From: Octopus vulgaris
Taxonomy: Eukaryota
DNA: 64,000 nucleotides
NCBI GenBank assembly: GCA_951406725.2
Contig: OX597818.1
Span: 120,528,001 to 120,592,000 of the forward strand
Direction of reading: 5' to 3'
The position numbers and the translations under genes are program-made. Positions 1 to 13,917 of the stretch are shown here, piece after piece. The notes beneath the pieces are model-generated. The model did no database searches and was not told where the DNA came from. It saw only the letters and a program-made list of their open reading frames with translations. Each line of letters begins with the position of its first letter. Within the stretch, counting starts at the first letter, position 1.

Positions 1-179
1 AAACAACAGAAAACCTCCGTTTTTGATATTAGCACCCATTTATGTTTAACCTCTGTCTCATTCTTAAGCTTCTTGTTGCTCTTGTTATAGCACACCAAAT
101 TTTCTTTTATTTCATAAATGTATTTTGTTTTTTAGTTTCTAACTAAATCAGGGATTAACCAGTTTGATATAAGCTTTAG

Positions 180-335
180 GGAGAGTTTACGAAAAGAAAC
201 AAAAGACGAAGACAGGTGGTGTACAAAACAAACAGATGTATTAGTATAATGCTCAGGAATAGAAAAAATCTTTTACGTTTCGAGCCTACGCTCTTCTACA
301 GAAAGGGACACAGAAAAAAATGTGTGTAGTGGCTA
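180..335 (-). mobile_element. Penelope-like (pLTR-type) short repeat carrying a hammerhead-like motif
   Basis: Minus strand reads CCCTTTCTGTAGAAGAGCGTAGGCTCGAAACGTAAAAG...CTAATACATCTGTTTG. A related copy lies at ~37540-38020 on the plus strand and a more distant one at ~51440-51560. Confidence 0.55.
270..305 (-). ncRNA. Minimal hammerhead-ribozyme-like motif (variant core)
   Basis: CTTT-CTGTAGA-A-GAGC(GTAG)GCTC-GAAAC-GTA-AAAG. Stem I (CTTT/AAAG), stem II and GAAAC-GUH are intact, but the core is CUGUAGA instead of CUGANGA. Confidence 0.4.
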
Positions 336-472
336 ACAATATATGAGCTTTAGTTTGATCCCCAGTTGTCTCTTATTTCTTAGTTGTTAGTCTCCACATC
401 TAACGAAACACTAATAATAAATAAATATGAATATTATAACAGAAACATATACATAAACATTTCTTTTAACAG

Positions 473-544
473 CTGTGGCATTGTTGTTTTTAGTCATTAT
501 TCTTCTTGCCTGTTTGATTTTTTATCTCTTACCAAATTCATCAG
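473..544 (+). CDS. Candidate 72-nt exon encoding a transmembrane helix (unidentified upstream gene)
   Basis: Acceptor TTTCTTTTAACAG, donor CAG/GTAAGC, phase 1-1. Encodes xVALLFLVIILLACLIFYLLPNSS; read-through gives GKLKELTNIW*. Confidence 0.4.
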
Positions 545-939
545 GTAAGCTCAAGGAATTGACAAATATTTGGTAACTTCATGCATAGGTTCTATAAACA
601 GTTTGCATTATCTGGTGGTCACAACTGCCACCGTCATAATCTTTATTATTATTATTATTATTATTGATGATGATAATAATAATAATAATAATAATGATGA
701 TGATAATAATACTTGTGAACTTGCAATAATTTTTTTCTAGTAAACTTAAATATTTGTTGTAAATTCAAGTGCAGTGTTTTACTTAAGACTTATTTTGATT
801 GATACCAAGACTAGAACCAGACAACAGATTGGCTAATATTATACAAATTGCTATATAATATAAGGTGATACAACATAAACAACACCAATCTCTAAATGAT
901 GTAAACACAGATGCACACAACACAAAATATACAATATTA

Positions 940-985
940 TATTATATATATATATGCATATACATACATACATACATACACATAC

Positions 986-1032
<47 letters not shown>

Positions 1033-1085
1033 CACACACACATATATATATATATATACATACATACACATATATATATACATAC

Positions 1086-1128
<43 letters not shown>

Positions 1129-1256
1129 TATACATATATATATATACACACATACACACACATATATATATACATACATATATACATATACATACACACA
1201 CACTTATACACACACACACACACACTTATACACACACACACACACACACACATATA
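940..1256. repeat. Compound (TA)n/(CA)n/(TACA)n microsatellite
   Basis: Directly visible; source of spurious YI/HT/CV ORFs. Confidence 0.95.
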
Positions 1257-1828
1257 TAGGACACAATCATTCCCAATGTATTTGTCAACCCATGACTGTA
1301 AGAGAAGATACTTGCCCAAGAGGCCATGCAGTGAGAAAGAAACTAGGAAATGAGTTTATGAAACACATTCTGATTATGTCAGAGACAATTATGGATAGAA
1401 ATGAAAACTCCTTCATTTGCTTCAGGTCCCTAAAATTACAGCAAAAATGTAACCACAATAGCTTTACAGGTGTCAGCTTTTTGTTTCTTGTCCCCACCCA
1501 CCTCTGTTCCCTTCAAGAGACACCATCATCTCATCATAAATGGCATCCTTTAAAATAATAATAATAATAATTGATAAATAAATGAAGATTGGTAGATGTG
1601 TTTGTTATATTGTTTTGTGTAAACCTCTTTGTTTCGCATTTTGTCTCCTGTGTTTTAATGTTATTTTTTTGTGTGTGTTTGTGTGTTTTTATATCAATAT
1701 TTTTGTTGCTTTTATTTTCCTCCATATACACTATTATTATTATTATTATATATATTTTTTTTTGCAAATGTGTTTTTCCCATTAATGTGTGTTCTGTGTG
1801 GTAACACTTGTATCGTGTTGTGTTCCAG

Positions 1829-1903
1829 TACAGCCTGCTGTGTTATAATGAACCAGCCTTCCTGCATGACGACACACCAGCTATAGTTTCAAGTGAAGCG
1901 TGA
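1829..1903 (+). CDS. Candidate alternative terminal exon
   Basis: Branch-like GGTAAC then TGTTGTGTTCCAG acceptor in a GC-richer island. Phase 0 reads YSLLCYNEPAFLHDDTPAIVSSEA*. True phase unknown. Confidence 0.25.
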   Translation, partial: YSLLCYNEPAFLHDDTPAIVSSEA

Positions 1904-4900
1904 CCATGTTGCTGTTGTGATCACCCAAGTATGTCTGAAAACTTGGGCATTTCCTCTGTGTCATTTCCAACCAATATGTAGCTTTGGAATTGTCCCTTCT
2001 CTTCCTATTAGTATCTCCTTTTACTGTTCTTCTGCTTGTTTCTTCCACACATCCCCACCATTCACCTAATGTGCACCCTTCTTATTAACTAACGGCTGAC
2101 ACTACTGAACTCATATTTTTTTCTGTGTCTCTTATGTTTGCCTAATAGCAATGAGAAATGGTTGATGCTAAATGTCCAGTTATCTACCTTTTATATTGAT
2201 TCGGTTGATATTTTTTGTTTGTGTTTTGTTTTATGAAGAATAAATAATAAAAAAAAGCCATGGTGATGATGATGATGAATAAAATTTGTCAGAGCAATAA
2301 AGTAGTGATGCCTTTTGGAAAAAATTGAAAAAACAATTGAAAATTTTAAGAAAATATTCCAAAGAAAACTCTTTATCTGAAGGCAGTTAGTTCTGTAGTT
2401 TAACAGATAATAGCTTCAAGGATTTAATTAACCCACAACCATATCCACATGACTGTCTATTTCCTTATAAAGGGACTTCTGCAAAAAGATTGAATAATTG
2501 AGGGGTAAAGGGACAAAGGTAATGGAAGAGTCAGTTGTTAGAAGAATTCAAAGGAGAAAAATTTCTTTAGACTTGAAGAGGATCAAGAGATGTGGATGAT
2601 AAATCAGTTTATAACAATTATATTGAATTAATAATTTCAATAGCTTATAAAAGTAAAATTGTAATTACTTACACATAATTTAATTTGATTCAAGTAACTT
2701 TCATCACAGCATCAACCCGTTTTATTGTACCCTAGTGTCTTTTGAAGCACTTTCTGGAAAATGTTTTGATATTATACACATTTTTTTCTACAGTTTTTGT
2801 CTTTAACAGACTTTCGTAATAAGTGTTTCATAACTTTTAATATTGTCTCAATTTGCTTCCTGTTTGCTAATCTGATAATGTAACCTGCTACCAACAAATC
2901 TTACCTCCATATTCTCTCTCCCCTCCCCATACTCTCTCTCTTCCTCTCTCTCTCTCTCTCCTGTCCTATCTCTCACTCCTTTCCTTTCTTTCTCTCTCAT
3001 GTTATGTAAAAATCTAAAACTCAGAAATATTAAGAGAGTCTTAAGAATTTAGTATATGCCGTTTTTGAAGGTATGGAGGGAGTGTATAGGTTATGTGCAG
3101 CAAAATATGGTGTATATTCTTTAGATTGGAAGAAATTTCAGTTTTGGCACTGCATTAAATCAACCATAAAACCTTCCTGCCAATGGCTAAGTAGCTCAAG
3201 AATATACCCCCAAAAAATATTCTTGCTTTTCCCATTTATTATACTACCAAGTAATTGGGGTTTAATTCAAGTCAGTGGTGGAATGCAAATTCTTGGAAAC
3301 TTCAGCAAGAAATAGCATCATAAACAGCAAGCCATTGTCATGTCATAACACTTCAATATTTGATCATTATTGATACTTCTCATTATTTTATTCAAAAAAC
3401 TTTCTCTGAAATTGAAAGTAAGCACTGCAATATGGTCACAGTCTAAGTGTTTGTGATGAATGGTTTATAAGTTGGTATTTTTGTGGAATATTAAACTCCT
3501 CTTTTGAGATGAAAAAGTTTTTACTATTTTTATCTATGCCATGTTTCTATTTGTTTGATCTTTGATCATTATCATGTGTCTTATTCTTAGATTGTACATA
3601 GTACATAAGTAGTTTAGAATAGGAAATCCTTATTTCTAAACTACAGAATAATGACTATTTTTATTGAATTAGCGATTGTCCTATTTATAACCATTGTTAT
3701 AATTTTAGGTTACTTATAATTACCTTTCAGTAATGGCAACCATATTGATTCAATACCAACATTGGTTTTACTGAACAGGTTTATTAATAAATATTTCTTG
3801 TTCCATTTATGATAAGAGTTTTATGTTTATCAACTCTCTGCAATAAATGTTAGAATAATGTTTCTGAAGTGCTATTAAAATTCTCCTTATTCTTTCTCAG
3901 ACCTGTTAACTTAAATTTGCTAACAGTGTAGACTCTATACCAATTAAATTCCTATATACCTCATTGTTAATGTTACAGTTAGGATTTTCCATGTTTTCTC
4001 AGACTTCCCTTTCCTTTTCATCATTGAGTCATACTTGACTGGTCCAGTCATATTAATACATGTGGAATAACATTAATAACACATAGTGGTGGCCCTAAAT
4101 AAGATGTCCTTCTTATTAGTAATAACAGTGATATCAATAGTTTTAATAAGTTGTCCTATTAAAAACATTTGGTGATTTATTGTTTATCCTCAACTAAGTC
4201 GTGCTCTATCAAATCTATAAGACAATCCAGACGTGCACATCTTGTCTTTTTATCTGTTAGTGTCTACATTACCTTTACCACATACAACTCCCCTTATTTA
4301 AGGTGGTAGGGTGTGATTTAAGACAGGTCATGTGATTACATAACAGCTTCCTATTTGGTTTGTTTTTTGAAGCATAGGCTTACTTTGTAGCTATTCAGTC
4401 AGTTTCAAGTATGACTTTTTTTAGGGACTTTATTTTTGACTCCTTGTTCTATTTAAATACCTTTTCACAATGGTCTAACACTTATTTCTACAACTTTTGC
4501 AGACTAAATTATACGTTCAGAAAATCTCTTTACAGTTATTATCCATTTGAAATTGTAGTTACAACTTCTGAAGCCAACTCTGCATAAACATTTTGCTATA
4601 AATACTTCAGGCTTTTTACTGTGCCCAGTTTTGTGTGAAATTACACCATACTTCCGTGAACAATATTCATTATAGCTACTTCTATGCTGTTTACACAACA
4701 TGGTTGTGTAAATAAAACTCTGGATTGTCAGGGATCCTGTTGTAAGTCTATAGTCTCATTGAATTGAACACATAATTCTTTATGGCTTATGTTCATCTTA
4801 AAATGGAAAGCATATGTCCTATTTTGGGGGAAAACTTATAGACAGTGATAGACTAGCAGCTTGTTCAGGAGAAGTTTTATCTCTCACTTGCCAAGTGTTA

Positions 4901-4989
4901 TATTCAATTTTGGTTCTTGCAATATGGAAAAAGTATGACATATTTTCTTACCATTCTTTCAATTATACTTTCTTAATACTGCCTCAAAC

Positions 4990-5260
4990 GTTGCCAAGAT
5001 CTTCCTGTACACTGAACATATCTTCTCCATACAATGCTAAGATTTTTATCAGACACTGAAAACATCTCCAGCCACAGAAAAAATCTTCCCCAAACATCGT
5101 ACAGACTTTCTCCAGACACTGTACAAGTTTCTCCAGACATTATATAAGTATTCTCCGGACACTGTAGATCTTCTCTAGAAATTGAAAAGATCCTTTCTCG
5201 ACACTGGAAAGATCTTCCTCACCAGACACTGCAAAAATCACCTTCAATGCGGCAGAGATT
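4990..5260. repeat. Degenerate ~21-bp minisatellite (approx. TCTCCAGACACTGTAAAGATC)
   Basis: About 12 diverged units, e.g. TTCTCCAGACACTGTACAAG TTTCTCCAGACATTATATAAG. Confidence 0.7.
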
Positions 5261-6455
5261 TTCTCTAACCAAAGCTGATTCTTTAACTTCTCTTTCATCT
5301 TTTTGGTTAAATACAACACAAAACCAGGCTTTTGCCACTGAAATGATTAGAAGATCTTTAAGTTCTTCCAGTTAGTCTTCCAGGAATCTTGTTGCTTAGT
5401 TTTTAGTATATCTGCATTCCTAATCAGATTTCTTCCTTTTCACTTTCTAGTTTTAGATTTTATTTTTCTCTACTTATTCTCTATAAGAACAAGATTTTTT
5501 TCATACGGGTTGATATTTTAATTGCATCTGCCTATAAATTATGCTGTTAGGGATCTGGAATGTGGGATAAGGATAAGGAAAGTGTGAACGATAATGTTTG
5601 TTAGAATGAATTTTTTCAATTCCTCATCTTCCATGAAGGTTCTTCAACAGTTCACCATCACACCACCATATTTGTAGTAATGGCTTTATCAGCTTTATAT
5701 GTGAATGTGTGTATCTATCTGTTAGTCTATTTATATATCAAAAATTATGATAAACACAAGTTTTTATAACTAGTTCCCCATGTACCTTTCACTGTTGTAA
5801 TTATCTAAAACCACTTGGATGTCCCAAGTGCAGTTGGATGCTTAACCATGGATCTTCAGGGAAACACTTTATTACATTATGTTACAAAGATCAATTATTT
5901 ATAAATCAATGTCTTTCTCTCTCCCTCTTCCTGCCACCCCCTCCCTTCTTTCCCCTTTTACATATATTCACTACATGTATTGTGTACGCTTGCTCACATT
6001 TCTTATAACAAAATTTTATAATTTTTATATTTTAAATGTCATTGTATATAAATAAATAAAATATGCTGCTGGAACATTTATGCTATATTTCAACAAAACT
6101 CACTAAGTTTTATGTATCAACGACCCATCTTTTGAGAGAAGATTGTAATATTTGTTGTTAGCAATTCTCAGTTATTGTGTGTTGGCTGTTTTAATGTGAA
6201 ATTGTATTTTTTTAATTATTTCTTTTGTTAAATTAAAAACTTGAACTACAAACTAAATATTCTTTAGTAGCTTTTCTTTTGTTTTATTGCTATTTCTTTA
6301 TTTTTTCAAATTTTTTTTTTTTACTAAATTTTATTATTATTTTTTATTTAGTTTGTGATCATTATTGTTAATTTCTATATAATTTCTATATCTAATTTCT
6401 CCCACCCCTGTCTGCTAAAGTATAGCATCTCCTTTTTCTTTCTTCTGCTTTTCAG

Positions 6456-6618
6456 TATGCCGATTGGTTCCTCCGTGAACGCTTTTCTGCGGCCAACAAA
6501 CTTGGCTGATCTTTTCACTGTCCATACGTTGGCATATTGCTTACAGGCTGTGCCACAGTGTGAGAGCCTGTCTATCGAGCTGGCCTCCTGGATGGTTAGC
6601 TTGCTTGCCTTTGTTTGA
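6456..6618 (+). CDS. Candidate alternative terminal exon
   Basis: Strong acceptor CTCCTTTTTCTTTCTTCTGCTTTTCAG and a ~50% GC island. Phase 0 reads YADWFLRERFSAANKLG* (stop 6509); phase 2 stays open to 6618 (...ELASWMVSLLAFV*). Confidence 0.35.
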
Positions 6619-6919
6619 CCCCCTGTATGAACACACCTTTGCATGACTTCAGGGTTTCTCTCTATCAGTTTGCCTATACATACTTATATACATACATTCA
6701 TACACATAAACACACATGCGCAAGTGTGTGTGTGCATGTATATATATATATATATATACATACACACACACACATATACATACAAATACAAAAGCAGTCT
6801 TCCTAACACTTTTATATATATATATATGAATGCACTTATATACATACATTTACAAATACTTATTTCTGTGTATATATGCATGTATGTTCTCTCTTGCTCT
6901 CTTTCTCTTTCTCTCTCTC

Positions 6920-6958
<39 letters not shown>

Positions 6959-7012
6959 ATGTGTGCATATGTATGTGTGTGTATATATATATGTATGTGT
7001 GCATATGTATGT

Positions 7013-7053
<41 letters not shown>

Positions 7054-7182
7054 CAGTTCAGCAAAAGAGAGCGGTAGAATGAATACTAGGCTTACAAAGA
7101 ATAAGTCCTGGAGTCGATTTGCTTGACTAAAGGCAGTGCTCCAGCATAGCTGCAGTCAAATGGCTGAAAGAAAAAAAAGAAG

Positions 7183-7220
<38 letters not shown>

Positions 7221-7436
7221 TACTCACAAACACATAAAAACAAACAAACACAATAGCAGTCTTCCTAACATTTACATATGCATATATATTTGTATCTGTG
7301 CAGAAATGTATGTGTATGTATATATAAATTTATATATACACATTGTGTGTGTGTGTGTGAGTGTATGTGTGTCTATATATATAGATATATATATATAGTA
7401 GATAGATATAGATATGTATATATGTGTGTATGTATA

Positions 7437-7483
<47 letters not shown>

Positions 7484-9404
7484 GTGTGTAATATATATAT
7501 GTATACATGCATACACTCACACACGCACACACATTCAACCCAAGCCAGTATGGAGAATGGACATTAAATGATGATGATTGATGTTGATTATGATGACATG
7601 CATGCATATATATGCATATAAGTATATACATACATATGCACATACATATATGCACATCATATTTTTACTCATATATTGATAACAAAGAGAATGGCTGTCA
7701 CTTCATTTTTGTATGTGTGGATGTGTAACTGCATATATGTGTGTGCGTGTGTATCCTTTTCTGTTTTTTTTTTGTTTTTTTGTAATTTTCTCTCTTCTAT
7801 AATCTTTTCTTTATTGCTCTCTTCCTCTAATTTTTTTCTATTTCACTCTTGTCTCCTTCGTGCATGTGCACTAGTAAATCCAGTTCAGCATGATTTTGTC
7901 CCAATCTTAACAGTTATACATACCTATGTATATGCATACAGACACATAATCAAACATACATGCATACAAATATATATAAAATATAAATATATATGAACAC
8001 ACACATTTACAATTTATTTTTAGAATCTTTGTTCATACTATATAGTTTTCCCCCCCTGTTACCTGTAATTAAAATAAATATAATTACCTCACCTATAATT
8101 ACTCTTGTCTTAAAATGTACCCATTTCTGCTACTATATTGCTTGTTTGATTTTCAAATTTCACAATCCCATTTTTTGGTCCTCACATAATCATTCCAAAC
8201 TATTTTACATGTTCTGTTTCCCTTTTTCTACAAAATTTCTGGGGTTTAAAATTCAATGAGCTGTTAAAAGAACAGTCTATTTATATCAAATAAATTGTTA
8301 TATGCATTTTTATAGTGAACAGCAAGATTCAAAGTGTGACTTACATATTTACTCTTAATATGTTTTGGCTGATTTGAACTTGTGTATCCTAATTGCTGTT
8401 GTGTTTCATCACAGGAGAACACCTTCCACTTTATAATGAATGTGGGATTCTGTATAACTTGATTTAGCATCAATGAATTGTCACAAAGAAGCTGTTCTGT
8501 GTTCAAACATAACAGTGATTTGTGTATTCATGTTTGAATCTGCTGGAATATATTATGAATAAATATGAAAGCCAATTAACATTTATATTTCATTTTCTAA
8601 AGTTAAAATACTCAGGAGTTTAATTATTAATCACAGTTATAGATAAAAACCTCTCTCTTGTGCATACCCACACAAAAGGCATTTATTTATCTTTAATTCT
8701 TATGTTTGTGTGCTTGATACTGGGATTCTTGGCTCAATTATAACTGAAATGTACAGTAATAGACAATTACCATTACTAGAGAAATATTGGGCTTTTAAGT
8801 GGAATCTTTAAAAATTCCTCAACTGTTTGTGATATTTAAATCACATGTTGATATTTTTAAAGTTTATTAAATATTTTATACTTTAAAGTTCTTATATAGT
8901 TTAATCAAATTTACAGTTTTTGATTAAACAAATTTATAATTAGAACCAGATGGGCCATTCACTATGAGAGCTATAATTGGAAGGAAATGACTTAAGACCG
9001 ATATTTTCAAAAAACTACTTAATATATTATATAATAAAAAGGCTTCGGTTACTTAATTATATTTGTTTTAAAACATCCAAATTAGCTGCTTCAACTGTTT
9101 AATATTTGATTTCATTTTCTTACAAGTCATTTTTAGTTTCTATTTAATTAACAGCATTTGATCTAGGGCTCTCAGCTTATATGAATTGTTACACACTTTT
9201 AGTTCTTGGTGAAAGCCAAATATTTTACACTGCTAATGCTATTGGAAAGGCTGAAGCTTCTCAAATATTCATTTCTACTCCCAAAATAACTAGCCCTTGT
9301 GCCTAAAGAAACCAACAGATTGGAGAAACTTGTAAATATCTCATTGATCTCAAAAGCTAAAACTATTTTTATTCTCCCTCTCCATATATGTGAGTATGTG
9401 TGTC

Positions 9405-9444
<40 letters not shown>

Positions 9445-9499
9445 TTCATTCATATATATATGTAAATAAGCAAGTATGTATATATATGTAAAAAAAAGT

Positions 9500-9545
<46 letters not shown>

Positions 9546-11575
9546 GCATGCATGTATATATACATACATACATGCATGCATGCAAACATGTACAAATATA
9601 TATGCTCTTAGAAATTAGCATTAAGTAGAATAATTAGTTTCCCAAGAGAAGTAGTAATAAAATCATTCCTTAAGAATTATTTACCAACTTCACTGCATTT
9701 CTTGGAATATATCACTCTTAGATAATCACAGATTATCACCTTAGGTCAAACTAAGATCCAATTATAATGGCTCTCTGTTTTATTTGGGGGGATGAAGGAT
9801 AGTAATCCCATGACTGCATATTTAACTGTAGAAGGCCCACCTTTACAACTTATATGAATATATTTTTTTATATTTCTTTTCATATATATATATATATGTA
9901 TATATATATATCCAGTATCTTTTGAAGCTTCACTTTCACTATGTTAGGTGTCTACATACATGCAAGCTGATATGGGCACCTGTCCCTCTTGGCACTCCTA
10001 CCCTTGAGTCAGTAGAATTTTATGACGTAACAGCTAGGATTGTGGGAGGGAGGGCTGCACCATTGACTGATACAGCATGAAATGAATTGAACTTATGATT
10101 GTGAGCTCAGCAGTTTAACCATGAGGCTACATGTCTCCAATATATATATATAACATTATATTCTCATGACAGCCAATTAATGTTACTGAATGCTTTCTTG
10201 CCAAAGCCCTTTCAGAAACTGAGGGATAAAATTAGCAATCATTAGACTTTGGCTGAATGGAAAACTCTATAGATAGATAGATATTAACACTCATATTTCC
10301 ATCCATCTCTTTCTCTCTCTCCCCTTGTCTGTCTTCCGTATTCCCCTTTTTTATTCCTGGGTTATAAGACCAAATGTCGCAAGACCATCTACCAATAATA
10401 AAATAATCAGGATATTAGAATTCTGAAATAGCAAAGATGATATTACTGAATATTATTATACTGAGAAACAAAAACTTGGTTTTAATGTTAACATCATTCT
10501 ATGGATATATCACTCAATTTATTATCTGATACACTATGGTCAATATTGTGATTTTTTTAGTCTTTTAATTCTTAGCCTTCTTGCATTTGGTCCTCTGAAA
10601 TTTGGTCTTATGATCAAACCCCCTCCTCTGTATATAAATACACATAAGCATATATATATATATATATATATATAATTTTGAATATTTATAATAGCTTTTG
10701 TAATGTGTCTGTAGTTATACACACACACACACACACACACACATATGCACATACATACATATATTTGCATGCATACACACATGCATATACAACTGTGTTA
10801 CATATTAATTCAACAATAATTTTTCCTGACCTCCAAACTCCCTCCTCTGAACTTATGAACCATATTTGAAATTTATGTAAAATTAAAATGAAAATAAAGC
10901 AATACTCAAATACTCCTTAATTTGAATCTGTTTTAGCTTTTTTTTAAAAGACTTTTTTATTAATTTGTTTTAAAAAATTATTTTTTTTGTTGCACCTAGT
11001 TCCATGTTTTATTTGTTTACATTTGCACCTTCCCTTATGTTGTTTGTTAATTTTTTTCTTTAGTTGTTTTCTGTTAACACACTCCCACAACTAATACACA
11101 CTCTCATTGCACCTACCTATCCCCACTAGTGGGCCTTATTGTTGTATAATTGGCTGGGATAGGTTTTAGTTAATATTTTTAGAAAAATAAATAAATAAAT
11201 AAAATAAAATAAAATTAAAAATGTCTATCCTTAATAAAAATACAAATATACATTTATATACTTAAAAACAAAATTAATGAAAAATTAAATTTAAAAGATA
11301 ATACTATTCACATTAGAATATAAATTTAAGACCAGTTCAAAAATGCTTGGGAAATAATTGTACCTGTAAAGGTTTTTCAACTGTTTGCTGTGGAGAAAAA
11401 GAAATCCATGACAACGTGCATTGAAAAGCTGTTACAAGTTCAAATCTCTCTCAAACATATTTGAACTGGTCTTAAATTTAGATTCTTTCCATTATTGCTT
11501 TGCGCACCTTCTCATAAATTCTCATTAGAATTTTCTTTGACCTTCTGTTTCTGTTTGACTGTATCTTTTATTTTA

Positions 11576-11783
<208 letters not shown>

Positions 11784-11876
11784 TTACATGGAGCTGATCA
11801 GTAAGAAGACTATAAAACTCTAAAAGTTTTGTATCATTGGAGCTGCATCAAAGCCCTCAAAGTACTTTTATTATTA

Positions 11877-11925
<49 letters not shown>

Positions 11926-12697
11926 TATTTATTATTATTATTATTTACTTTTGAAACATTCTGCTGAATGAAAAAGAAATTTGTAAAAATGGGTGTAAAG
12001 AGAAAAGAATGTTTTTTATTCAACTTTTTAACTTCTTTTAGTAATACTTTATTTCATTTTCTCTTTTTTTTTTCTTTCGTCAATTAATTAATATTAATAG
12101 TTTTCTTATACCTGGACTGACCTAATACAAATTTGTGTCTGTCAAGTTCTGAGCAAGTTGTAGTTATCTCCCTTAATAGCCATTTTCTTTAATTTTTTTC
12201 TCTTTTTTTGTTTGGCAATTTGTATTTTTTTCCCACTAAAATTTAATATACCTATTAACTATTAAAAAAAAATATAGTTTTATTAATCTTCAAACATTAC
12301 TGTCAGAATGGGAAGGCTTGATATTGAGATATTTCATATTTAAAAAATTATTTTTGAGAAAACTATTCATTATAGAGATTTTGGTGTATAATGTTGTCTT
12401 TCGAAGCAGCATCAGTTATATACACTATTTCTTTTCTCTTCCGCCAACCTTTCATACTAAATTTTATTGTAGATACAAAAAAATGACAGCAAAAAAAAAA
12501 AGAATGAAAGAAAAAAAAAAAACTGTAAAAAGGCAAAAATTATGAAAATCAAATAAAAATCATTTCGTTTTGGTAGATTAGAATATGATAAATTTGTTTA
12601 TAAAAGTGGTCGAGTGTTTTTTTTGTTTTTGTTGTTTTTTTTTAAATTCTTTAAAACTATCTTGTTATTTGCAACAACATGGTGTCCAAGAAAGGGT

Positions 12698-12735
<38 letters not shown>

Positions 12736-13011
12736 TAAGAAATGTCTATTCATCTCCTCGCATTGTCTCTACTATCTAATATATACACACACACATATAT
12801 ATATATATATGTGTATATGTATATATACTCAAGGCTTTTCTGTATGCTTAAAGAATGGCATGGCTATATCTGTATTTCTATATATGGATTGGATGGATGC
12901 TTATATATTGAATGGGTATGCTGTGCATGCAACTTTCTTTACATGAATTGTTGGAGTCCAATACATATTTACTTTCATTTTCTCTATGTATGTCTTGGTA
13001 TTGCTAGTACA

Positions 13012-13054
<43 letters not shown>

Positions 13055-13259
13055 ATTTATGTGTAAAGAGGAATTACAATCCTGTTGCAGGGTACAGAAT
13101 TTCTCAATTCTTTTTTTCTACGTCTTGAATAAAATTAAAAAAAAAAAAAAACCCTGCTAATCCAAGAATTGCCATGGTTTTATGCGTATCTGTTTAAAAA
13201 ATAAACTGCTTTTCATTTGTAGATGAACATAGTTATAAAGAGAAACTTTTTTTTATGTA

Positions 13260-13261
<2 letters not shown>

Positions 13262-13312
<51 letters not shown>

Positions 13313-13389
13313 TATATAATACATAAGTATATATATATATGATGATGATGATGATGATATATATATACATACATAAGTATATATATATG

Positions 13390-13438
<49 letters not shown>

Positions 13439-13443
13439 TTATG

Positions 13444-13480
<37 letters not shown>

Positions 13481-13541
13481 TTATGTATGTATATATATAT
13501 CATCATCATCATATATATATATACTTATGTATGTATGTATA

Positions 13542-13573
<32 letters not shown>

Positions 13574-13620
13574 CTTATGTATGTATATATATATATATAT
13601 ATACTTATGTATGTATATAT
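13262..13620. repeat. Compound (TA)n microsatellite with CTTATGTATG and (GAT)n/(CAT)n units
   Basis: Directly visible. Confidence 0.9.
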
Positions 13621-13847
13621 AACATGTGTATGGATGTATGGAATTATTTCTTCTTCATTTTCCATTATCTCCCTATCTTTCATTTATTTCCTTTTATGTC
13701 TCTGCATTCAACTCTTTCTCCAAATTTCTCTCTTTTTCTGTCTGTCTGTCTGTCTGTCTGACCATCTCTCTCTTTCTTTCTCTCTCTCTCTCTCTCTTCC
13801 TCCCTTTCTCTCTCTCTCTCAATCCATTCCATTCCATTCTATTTCAG

Positions 13848-13917
13848 CATGGAAAAGGATTCTTGGCCTAACGTCTTGTCTTCTATGATGCTTGTATCTC
13901 TCAAGTTCTTTGGCTGA
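13848..13917 (+). CDS. Candidate alternative terminal exon
   Basis: Very long pyrimidine tract ending TTCTATTTCAG. All three phases stop soon: HGKGFLA*, [13 protein letters not shown], [23 protein letters not shown]. ATTAAA at ~14147. Confidence 0.25.

Noticed and set aside
851-1558. YI/HT/CV-rich ORFs here and at ~6.7, 13.3, 14.5, 21.5 and 22.2 kb
   Set aside because: Microsatellite translations.
1830-1850. CaaX-like CCVIM (and CCQL at ~20382) as prenylation ends
   Set aside because: Neither is followed by a stop codon.
4990-5260. Coding heptapeptide repeat
   Set aside because: Indels and stops break the plus-strand frames I checked, and the ORF track shows no ORF spanning the array.
9278-9288. 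Docking-site/selector pairing of CTCCCAAAATA with recurring TATTTTGGG(G/A)G (4820, 15430, 19492)
   Set aside because: Short, found post hoc, and two of the three motifs have better local partners.
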